DNA of 29,171 nucleotides from Phycisphaeraceae bacterium. GTDB taxonomy: Bacteria; Planctomycetota; Phycisphaerae; Phycisphaerales; SM1A02. The stretch spans positions 1 through 29,171 of the forward strand of contig JBEIUL010000001.1 of the NCBI GenBank assembly GCA_040374395.1, in the 5' to 3' direction. This document shows, in pieces, positions 23,501-29,171 of the stretch; the first letter of the stretch is position 1, and each line of letters starts with the position of its first letter. Below the pieces are notes generated by a model that worked only from the letters and a program-made list of their open reading frames with translations, did no database searches and was not told the origin of the DNA. A program made the translations under genes and the position numbers.

Positions 23501-24740
23501 CGGCCTGGTGGACTGCGTGGCCGTCGGCTCGCTTTCGCAGGTCGCGACGCTCGATCAGGCCGGTCTCGCGACCGGCGATGACCTCGGCTTCGCGGTCGCG
23601 GCCGACGCCGCTCACGCCGCCGTCGGGCTTCCGCTGCGGAACCTGCCTTCGAAGGCCGATGCGGGCATGGTCTGGGTCTACATGTTCTCGCAGGTCGCAC
23701 CGACCTGGACGCGAGTCGCCCAGCTCACCGCAACCGACGCCAAGGCGAAGGACAACTTCGGCAAGGCGGTCGCGGTCGACGGGGACGTGATCGTGGTCGG
23801 ATCGCCGCTGTCCGATACCACCGCGGTCGACAGCGGTGCGGTCTATGTCTATCGCCGGTCGGCCGCGGGGGTCTGGACGTTCGAGCAGAAGCTCGTTCGC
23901 GCGACCCCGGTCTACCGCGACGCCTTCGGCACGTCGGTCGCGGTGCGGGGTGACCTCATCGCGGTCGGGACGCCCGCGGCCGACATCACGGGGAAGGTCG
24001 ACGCCGGCGAGGCGACGATCTTCCGCCGCGGCGAGGCGGGCACGTGGACGCAGGTCGCGACCGTGACCTCGCTGCCGGTGACCGCGAGCGACAAGTTCGG
24101 AACGAGCGTCGCCCTCGGCGGACCGGCCGAGGCGCCGATCCTCGCGGTCGGCGCGACCGGTGACGACGAGCCGAGCCGCAGCAACTGCGGCGCGGTCTAC
24201 GCCTTCGCCCTCGCTCCGGTCGGCACGGTCGCGAGCACCACGCGGCTCGTCGGCTCGGTGTCGTACGCGTCGGCGGCGCTCGGCGTTGCGGTCGCGGTCA
24301 GCGGCGACGGCGACCGCATCGCCGGCGGTGCTCCGCTCGCGACGATCACCGGCGGCGGCACCAAGTGCGGCTCGGCGACGGTGTGGACCTTCGGCGGCAC
24401 GACCTGGACCGGCGCGAACATCACCGCCGTCGATCGCATCGCGGGTGAGCAGTTCGGCGCGAGCCTCGCGTTCCGTGCCGACGGTCTTGCCCTCGCCGTC
24501 GGATCACCGCTCGACACGGTCGGCGGCGTGATCGGACGCGGGTCGGTCGCGGTGCTGGTGCTCGACGGGGCCGCGTGGCTGACCTACGACCGCCTCACGT
24601 TGCCCGAGACGGGCACCGCCGCCGCGAACGCCGGGCGCTCGGTCGGCTTCGCCGGCGACTCGATCGTCATCGGCGCCCCGAAGGCGACGCCGCCGGTGGG
24701 CGGCACGACGCGGGTCTTCCAGGGTCCGATGTGGCCGTAA
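20541..24740 (+). CDS. Secreted modular zinc metalloprotease (M12B/reprolysin-like) with TSP3-like/Cys-rich repeats, two proprotein-convertase P-like domains and FG-GAP repeats, 1399 aa
   Basis: Signal peptide at ATG 20541. VDVMVLWT and ADLVSML, zinc motif HEWGHNFGCCH (21381-21413), Met-turn TVMAY. DxDxDG repeats, two LTAPDGT...G-x-W-x-L domains, and C-terminal FG-x-x-V-A...V-G-x-P repeats. Confidence 0.88.
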   Translation: MNPSLVTSGLVSLVLASTLVAAPPAGKPVAQAAERTLRSVHVSPTDVFHGAGSFRVFTPFDDVAVPLVRKDGAWLVTDGSGGSMDVYPTSQGDFYVLRSPTHQRIEMRPVGGGAYVVEQRPLDPAGCAVPENAAPPAPEGGVAGNCDTAAIVDVMVLWTPEARVDAGGLAAIQARAEAAVSATNAAYEGSGIATRVRLVYSGEANYSEAGQSYGNILSQLTNQGDGVLDDVHALRDTYGADLVSMLIMNPTYCGVAWLDPFNPASGFSLVTWDCDALVNAHEWGHNFGCCHAPGDGGGCTTGGIYPYSLGHRFTGQSGTQWRTVMAYSPGVRINRFSSPNVIYDGVATGLPGNGSEGRDNVRTHQETSLSIANFRCTVNADTDGDGVLNHLDNCIATPNPDQVDSDGDGKGNACDGCPSDPAKIAPGTCGCGTSDEDLDGNGTPDCDPSLIVASGPGGSVPDGSPVGFTSTANVTATGSLQTVGVRIEGLYTTWCGDMVATLTAPDGTTVPLVTRIGLVTSGWGDDSDLSGSYLFRDGGANIWTAAAAVGSGSPIPPGAYAASGAGSGNAVSLVAALSGKPINGAWKLKVVDPASPDPTSFSGWKLLLKTSPTDTDGDGTLDDVDTDDDNDGTPDASDGCPLDANKIFPGTCGCGVAETDSDGDGVANCVDGCPTDAAKTAPGACGCGVPETDSDGDGSPNCVDGCPSDPAKTAAGVCGCGVSEADLDGDGLPDCQGSAVSATGTGGSIPDASAAGRTSTVNISAAASVVSAAVRVDGLVSSWCGDLVATLTAPDGTVVTLFNRIGRVTTGWGDNSDFAGLYTFRDVNAGAIWNEAATAASTMPIPPGAYRATGAGSGNALSIAAALGGKSATGTWTLRIADVEGGDLASFTGWTLFLSVELSDADGDGIPDDTDPDDDNDGVDDGNDGCPLDATKSQPGQCGCGSPDTDSDGDGTADCIDGCPSDGNKSSPGFCGCGVPDTDGDSDGLVDCVAVGSLSQVATLDQAGLATGDDLGFAVAADAAHAAVGLPLRNLPSKADAGMVWVYMFSQVAPTWTRVAQLTATDAKAKDNFGKAVAVDGDVIVVGSPLSDTTAVDSGAVYVYRRSAAGVWTFEQKLVRATPVYRDAFGTSVAVRGDLIAVGTPAADITGKVDAGEATIFRRGEAGTWTQVATVTSLPVTASDKFGTSVALGGPAEAPILAVGATGDDEPSRSNCGAVYAFALAPVGTVASTTRLVGSVSYASAALGVAVAVSGDGDRIAGGAPLATITGGGTKCGSATVWTFGGTTWTGANITAVDRIAGEQFGASLAFRADGLALAVGSPLDTVGGVIGRGSVAVLVLDGAAWLTYDRLTLPETGTAAANAGRSVGFAGDSIVIGAPKATPPVGGTTRVFQGPMWP
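21783..23519 (+). repeat. Six 33-aa (99-bp) coding repeats DGCPxDxxKxxPGxCGCGxxxxDxDGDGxxxCx in three blocks (1+3+2)
   Basis: Read directly from the translation. Blocks are separated by two mutually similar ~160-aa P-like domains (about 21895-22370 and 22760-23240). Confidence 0.85.
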
Positions 24741-24767
24741 GCGATCGCGGGAAACCCTCGTGAATCT

Positions 24768-24815
24768 GCGGGCCCGGTCCCCTGTACATGGGTGACCGGG
24801 CCCGCTTCGCTTGTC
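24768..24815 (+). terminator. Intrinsic terminator-like hairpin after the protease gene
   Basis: Perfect 12-bp stem GCGGGCCCGGTC / GACCGGGCCCGC followed by TTCGCTTGT, 27 nt after the TAA stop. Confidence 0.6.
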
Positions 24816-24845
24816 GCTCGGATGCAGCCCGGCTAGCGTGACCGG

Positions 24846-26054
24846 ATGCCCACGCCGTCGCCGGCCTCCCCTCCCCCGCCCCGCGGTCCGCTCGACGGAA
24901 TCCTCGTCATCGACCTCTCGCGGGTCCTCGCCGGCCCGTTCTGCTCGCTGCTGCTCGCGCGGCTCGGGGCCCGCGTGATCAAGGTCGAGATGCCGGGCAC
25001 CGGCGACGACGCCCGCGCGTACGGGCCGTTCCGCGAGGGCCGCAGCCTTTATTTCGAGTCGGTGAACCACGGCAAGGAGAGCATCGCGCTCGACCTCAAG
25101 AAGCCGGCCGATCGCGAGACCTTCGAGGGCCTGCTCGCGATCGCCGACGTGCTCGTCGAGAACTTCCGGCCGGGCACGATGGACCGGCTCGGGTACGGGG
25201 CCGACTCGCTGCGATCGCGCTTCCCGCGGCTCGTCTACGGCGAGGTCTCGGGCTTCGGGGCGACCGGGCCGTACCGCGAGCGGGCCGCCTACGACATCAT
25301 CGCGCAGGCCTTGGGCGGCATCATCGGGCTCACCGGGCACGAGGGCCAGCCGTCGGTGCGGGTCGGCGTCTCGATCGGCGACATGGTCGCGGGGCTGTAC
25401 CTCACGGTCGGGATCCTCGGGGCGCTCTACCGACGCGACCGCGCGGGAACCGGAACCGGCGAGGGCACCGCGGTCGACGTGGCGCTCCTCGATTGCCAGG
25501 TCGCGCTGCTCGAGGCCGACATGACCGCGTACCTCTCGACCGGCCGCGTGCCGGGGAAGCGCGGCTCGGCGCACCCGAGCATCGCGCCGTTCCAGATCTT
25601 CCGCGCGAAGGACGGCGAGATCTGCATCGCGGCCGGGAACGACGGGCTGTTCCGCGGGCTGGTGAAGGCCCTCGGGAAGGAGTCGCTCGCCGACGAGCCG
25701 CGGTTCGCGAAAAACGTCGCGCGGCACGAGCATCTGGCGGCCCTCGTCGCCGAGATGGAATCGCTGCTCGCCGACCGGGGGGTCCGCGAGTGGCTGTCGA
25801 TCCTCGACGCGGCCGGGATTCCCTGCGCCCCGATCCAGAGCGTCGCCGACGTCGCGGCGCACCCGCAGGTGCTGGCCCGGAACATGATCCAGTCGATTCC
25901 GACCCGCGACGGCGGCGTGTCGCACGTCGTCGGCAATCCGATCAAGTACGCCGACTTTCCCGACCTGCCGCCGCCCGGGGCCGCTCCCGATCTCGACGCG
26001 GACCGTTCCGCGATTCTCGCCCTGCTCGCCGCGGGCCGGGCGGGCCGCCCGTAG
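24846..26054 (+). CDS. CoA-transferase family III (CaiB/BaiF), 402 aa
   Basis: LVIDLSRVLAGPFC, RVIKVE, NHGKESIALDLK, ADVLVENFRPG, SGFGATGPY, AYDIIAQALGG, catalytic Asp in SIGD, APFQIF. TAGCGT (24834-24839) lies 6 nt upstream of the ATG. Confidence 0.93.
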   Translation: MPTPSPASPPPPRGPLDGILVIDLSRVLAGPFCSLLLARLGARVIKVEMPGTGDDARAYGPFREGRSLYFESVNHGKESIALDLKKPADRETFEGLLAIADVLVENFRPGTMDRLGYGADSLRSRFPRLVYGEVSGFGATGPYRERAAYDIIAQALGGIIGLTGHEGQPSVRVGVSIGDMVAGLYLTVGILGALYRRDRAGTGTGEGTAVDVALLDCQVALLEADMTAYLSTGRVPGKRGSAHPSIAPFQIFRAKDGEICIAAGNDGLFRGLVKALGKESLADEPRFAKNVARHEHLAALVAEMESLLADRGVREWLSILDAAGIPCAPIQSVADVAAHPQVLARNMIQSIPTRDGGVSHVVGNPIKYADFPDLPPPGAAPDLDADRSAILALLAAGRAGRP

Positions 26055-26064
26055 ACTCGACGCC

Positions 26065-26689
26065 ATGACTCCCGACGAATTCGTGACGCACCTCGGACGC
26101 GAACGGGCCTCGGCGATCCTGCGGTGCCGGTGCGAGGAGAGCGCCCGCCTTGCGATGGACGCGGCCGTCCGTGGCGGCTTTCGCATCTGCGAGTTCACGC
26201 TGACGATCCCCGGGGCGCTGCGGCTCGTCGGCGAGTTCGCGGCACGGAAGGATCTCGTGATCGGCGTCGGCACGGTTCTGACCGCCGCGCAGGCCCGCGA
26301 CGCGGTGGCCGCGGGCGCCCGCTACCTCGTCTCGCCGGTGTACGACCCCGAGGTGGTCGCGGAAGCGAAGCGGCTCGGCGTGGCGATGATGCCCGGCTGC
26401 TTCACGCCGACCGAACTGTGGAACGCCCATCGCGGCGGGGCCGAGCTGCTGAAGCTCTTTCCCCGCCCAGTCGCCACAATGGCTCAGCCAGGTGCTCGCC
26501 CCGCTGCCGATGCTGAAGATCGTGCCGACGAGCGGCGTGACGCTCGACAATTGCCAGGAGTTCCTGAAGGCCGGCGCATTCGCGCTCGGCTTCGTCAACT
26601 GCCTCTTCGACCCCGAGGACATCGCGACGAACCGCTTCGACGCGATCGAGCGGCGGGCCCGCGAGATGGTCGAGAAGGTCAAGACGTGA
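26065..26689 (+). pseudogene. eda: KDPG/KHG aldolase (Eda family) interrupted by one extra C at 26461-26464
   Basis: Frame 1 gives AILR, CEFTLT, GVGTV, GARYLVSP, PGCFTPTE and LKLFP. After skipping 1 nt it continues AQSPQWLSQVLAPLPMLKIVPTSGVTLDNCQEFLKAGA to TGA 26689, for a corrected length of 207 aa. Could be a sequencing error, a pseudogene or recoding. Confidence 0.8.
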
Positions 26690-27258
26690 GCGTGCGGATC
26701 GTCGCGGCCGGCGAGGCCCGCCGCATGCCGTGGAAGAACGGCCGCGGCACGACGCTCGAGCTGGCGACCGACGCGCCGGAATCCGATCCGGCCGCGTGGA
26801 CCTGGCGGCTCTCGATCGCCGACGTGCCGGAGCGCGGACCGTTCTCGCGGTTTCCCGGGATTGACCGGTGGATCGCGTGTCTTGCGGGCGAAGGCCTTCG
26901 GCTGCATCGGGGACGGTCCGTCGACGAGGTGCCGAAGCATGGCGTGGCGCTCGCCTTCGCCGGCGAGGAGAAAGTCGACGGCGAACCGAGGGGTCGCGGC
27001 GTGCGGGACGTCAACCTCTTGCTGCGGCGCGGCGCGTGGAGCGGGCGGCTTCGGGTCGAGCGCGGTGCGGGCGGCTTGGCACGCGGCGCGACGGTCGTGA
27101 TCCACGCGTTCACGGCCGGGCTTGCGATCGAGTTCGACGGCATGTCGTATCCGCTGCCGCCGGGCGCGACGCTGGTCGGCACGGGTGAGCTGCATTGGTC
27201 GGGCGAGTCGGACGCCGTGGCGATCGTCGCCGAGATCAACCGGGTAGCACCCAGCTGA
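26686..27258 (+). CDS. HutD/Ves family protein, 190 aa
   Basis: GTG 26686 overlaps the aldolase stop. MPWKNGRGTTLEL, WRLSIADV, GPFSRFPGIDR and DVNLL are HutD signatures. Confidence 0.88.
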   Translation: MSVRIVAAGEARRMPWKNGRGTTLELATDAPESDPAAWTWRLSIADVPERGPFSRFPGIDRWIACLAGEGLRLHRGRSVDEVPKHGVALAFAGEEKVDGEPRGRGVRDVNLLLRRGAWSGRLRVERGAGGLARGATVVIHAFTAGLAIEFDGMSYPLPPGATLVGTGELHWSGESDAVAIVAEINRVAPS

Positions 27259-27307
27259 ACCCGCGAAGCCGGTCGCGCCGGTATGGTGCGGCGAAGGAGT
27301 CCTCGCC

Positions 27308-27658
27308 ATGCATCGATTCGGCCTCATCCTCGCGCTCGCCCTGTCCGTTTCCCTCTCGATCTCCGCCGGTCCCGCCCCTTCGGCGCCGCCCGCGGGCCTC
27401 TCGGTCGAGGCGAAGGATGATGCGTTCCGCAAGGGCTTCGACTTCGTGTTCCGCTCGGACAGCTCGGCCACCGCGACGCTGTCGCTCGACCCGCTCGGCG
27501 GAAGGAACGTGGCGAGCACGTCGCTCTCGTCGAAGTCGGGGTCGATCACGCTCAACGGCTCGTACGACCGGAACGCCCGGACCATCGTCGTCATCGCGAA
27601 GCGCGGCGGCAAGGAGATCGGCGAGTTCTCGTGGCGGGTCGAGGCGACGCTCCGGTGA
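27308..27658 (+). CDS. Hypothetical secreted protein, 116 aa
   Basis: AAGGAG SD, hydrophobic signal peptide and a beta-strand-rich mature part. The stop overlaps the next GTG. No family recognised. Confidence 0.75.
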   Translation: MHRFGLILALALSVSLSISAGPAPSAPPAGLSVEAKDDAFRKGFDFVFRSDSSATATLSLDPLGGRNVASTSLSSKSGSITLNGSYDRNARTIVVIAKRGGKEIGEFSWRVEATLR

Positions 27659-28695
27659 GCGAGTTCCGGCCGGTGTTCGTGATCGGCGCCGGGGCGATCG
27701 TGCGGGACGCGCATCTCCCGGCGTACCGCCTGGCGGGCATTCCCGTCGCGGGGCTCTTCGATCTCGATCGCGGGCGGGCCGAGGCGCTGGCGGCGGCGAT
27801 ACCGGGCGCTACGGCGTTCCCAAATCGCGACGACCTGCTTGCGGCGGCGCGGACCGCCGGAGGAATCATCGATGTCGCGCTTCCTCCGGGCGCCCTCGCC
27901 GAGACGCTGCGGGCGGTGCCGGAGGGTTCATTCGTCCTCGCGCAAAAGCCGTTCGGATCGACCCTCGCCGAGGCCACGTCGCTGCTCGAGGTCGGGAAGC
28001 GAAGGCGGATCCGCGGCGCGGTGAACTTCCAGCTGCGACACGCGCCGGCGATCGTCTCGCTGCGTGAACTGCTTCGCTCCGGCTCGATCGGCGAGCCGAT
28101 CGACCTCGAGGTCCGCGTGGTCTGCCGCATGCCGTGGTCGACGTGGCCCTTCCTGCTCGATCGGCCGCGGATGGAGATCCTCGTCCACTCGATCCACTAC
28201 CTCGATCTCGCCCGAGCCCTGTTCGGCGAGCCCGAGCGGGTGTGGTGCGGCGCCGCGGGCGACCCGCGCGAGCCGCGGCTGGCCGAGACGCGGTCGACCT
28301 CGATCCTCGCCTTCCCGCACGGGAAGCGGGCGGTCATCACGACGTACCACCACCACGAGGCCCCGTCGCGTCACGACGCGTCGCACCTTCGCATCGAGGG
28401 GACGCGGGGCACCGCGATCGTGCGGCTCGGCGTGAACCTCGACTATCCGGTCGGTCGCGGCGATGCCCTCGAGGTCTCGTCGGACGGCGGGCCGTGGCGC
28501 GAGATTCCGCTCGCTGGGAACTGGTTCCCGCATGCCTTCGCGGGCAGCATGATCGCGCTGCAGGACCTGGCCCGTGGCCGCCGCGACGCGATCGAGAGCG
28601 AGTTCACCGACGCCTGGCGCACCATGGCCCTTGTCGAGACCTGCTATACGAGTGCCGCCCGCGGCGAGCGGCCGCCCGGACCGCCACCATCATGA
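27655..28695 (+). CDS. Gfo/Idh/MocA family oxidoreductase, 346 aa
   Basis: GTG 27655. Rossmann motif VIGAGAIVRDAHLPAY, QKP (EKP-equivalent), AVNFQLR, HSIHYLD and RIEGTRG. Confidence 0.88.
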   Translation: MSEFRPVFVIGAGAIVRDAHLPAYRLAGIPVAGLFDLDRGRAEALAAAIPGATAFPNRDDLLAAARTAGGIIDVALPPGALAETLRAVPEGSFVLAQKPFGSTLAEATSLLEVGKRRRIRGAVNFQLRHAPAIVSLRELLRSGSIGEPIDLEVRVVCRMPWSTWPFLLDRPRMEILVHSIHYLDLARALFGEPERVWCGAAGDPREPRLAETRSTSILAFPHGKRAVITTYHHHEAPSRHDASHLRIEGTRGTAIVRLGVNLDYPVGRGDALEVSSDGGPWREIPLAGNWFPHAFAGSMIALQDLARGRRDAIESEFTDAWRTMALVETCYTSAARGERPPGPPPS

Positions 28696-29171
28696 GCCAC
28701 CTCACCACCACCGGCGCCGAGATCGTCGACCTGCGCTTCCCGACCTCCGAGGAAGCGCACGGATCGGACGCCGTCCACGTCGATCCCGACTACTCGGCCG
28801 CGTACGTCACGCTGAAGACCGACGCCGCGGGCCTCGCCGGCCACGGCTTCACGTTCACGATCGGCCGCGGGAACGAGATCGTCTGCCGGGCGATCGAGTC
28901 GCTGCTGCCGCTGGTCGTGGGCCGAACACTCGACGAGATCGTCCGCGACCGCCGAGGTTTCTGGCGGTCGCTCGCCCAGGACTCGCAGTTCCGCTGGCTC
29001 GGGCCGGAAAAGGGCGTGATGCAGCTCGCGCTCGCCGCGGTGGTGAACGCGGTGTGGGATCTCGAGGCCCGTGCGGCCGGGAAGCCGCTGTGGAAGATGC
29101 TGTCCGAGATGCCCGCCGAGGAACTGGTCGCGGCGGTCGACCTGCACGGCATCCGCGACGCCCTCGACGAG
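28692..29171 (+). CDS. fucD: L-fuconate dehydratase (enolase superfamily, FucD/ENOSF1-like), 3'-truncated by the window edge
   Basis: Not in the ORF track. ATG 28692 overlaps the upstream stop. Manual translation VDLRFPTSEEAHGSDAVHVDPDYSAAYVTL...FTIGRGNE...DSQFRWLGPEKGVMQLALAAVVNAVWDL...KPLW matches FucD signatures. Confidence 0.88.
   Translation, partial: MSHLTTTGAEIVDLRFPTSEEAHGSDAVHVDPDYSAAYVTLKTDAAGLAGHGFTFTIGRGNEIVCRAIESLLPLVVGRTLDEIVRDRRGFWRSLAQDSQFRWLGPEKGVMQLALAAVVNAVWDLEARAAGKPLWKMLSEMPAEELVAAVDLHGIRDALDE

Noticed and set aside
21783-23519. Periodic DNA repeats as a CRISPR array or mobile repeat
   Set aside because: They are in-frame 99-bp protein repeats with synonymous divergence. 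There are no unique spacers and no cas genes.
26065-27258. 397-aa aldolase-HutD fusion as a genuine protein
   Set aside because: The middle ~75 aa are out-of-frame junk, while the true aldolase C-terminus sits in the +1 frame and ends with a normal GTGA overlap onto HutD.
1-29171. tRNA, rRNA, transposase, integrase or prophage genes
   Set aside because: None recognised. Nearly all sequence is accounted for by host-like protein genes and short intergenic gaps.

Overview
Very GC-rich chromosomal window with dense, often translationally coupled genes (many ATGA/GTGA overlaps). A C-terminal dockerin-like repeat protein, an orphan prepilin-like protein and Cys/Asp-rich secreted repeats suggest Planctomycetota, probably Phycisphaerae (inference). 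Left to right: a Wsp-type chemosensory operon cut by the left edge (dCache MCP, CheW, CheR-TPR, CheW); a bifunctional fucokinase/GDP-fucose pyrophosphorylase (Fkp-like) divergent from a RhaM-family mutarotase and a beta-CASP metallo-beta-lactamase; a Tat multicopper oxidase plus SCO lipoprotein, a dockerin-like protein and an orphan periplasmic binding protein; a Tat-exported Mn-type SOD; lipoproteins, an MFS transporter, a prepilin-like gene and astB; a 1399-aa modular M12B metalloprotease; a family III CoA-transferase, a frameshifted KDPG-type aldolase, HutD, a Gfo/Idh/MocA oxidoreductase and a partial L-fuconate dehydratase. I found no rRNA, tRNA, CRISPR array, transposase or phage gene. 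The best leads are fucose salvage alongside non-phosphorylative fucose catabolism, a Wsp system with a dCache sensor, an exported Cu-oxidase/SCO/SOD set, a single-base frameshift in the aldolase, a partial c-di-GMP-I-like RNA motif upstream of sod, and recurrent leaderless-type promoters. All family assignments come from motif recognition by eye, with no database searches. Several starts differ from the supplied ORF track.
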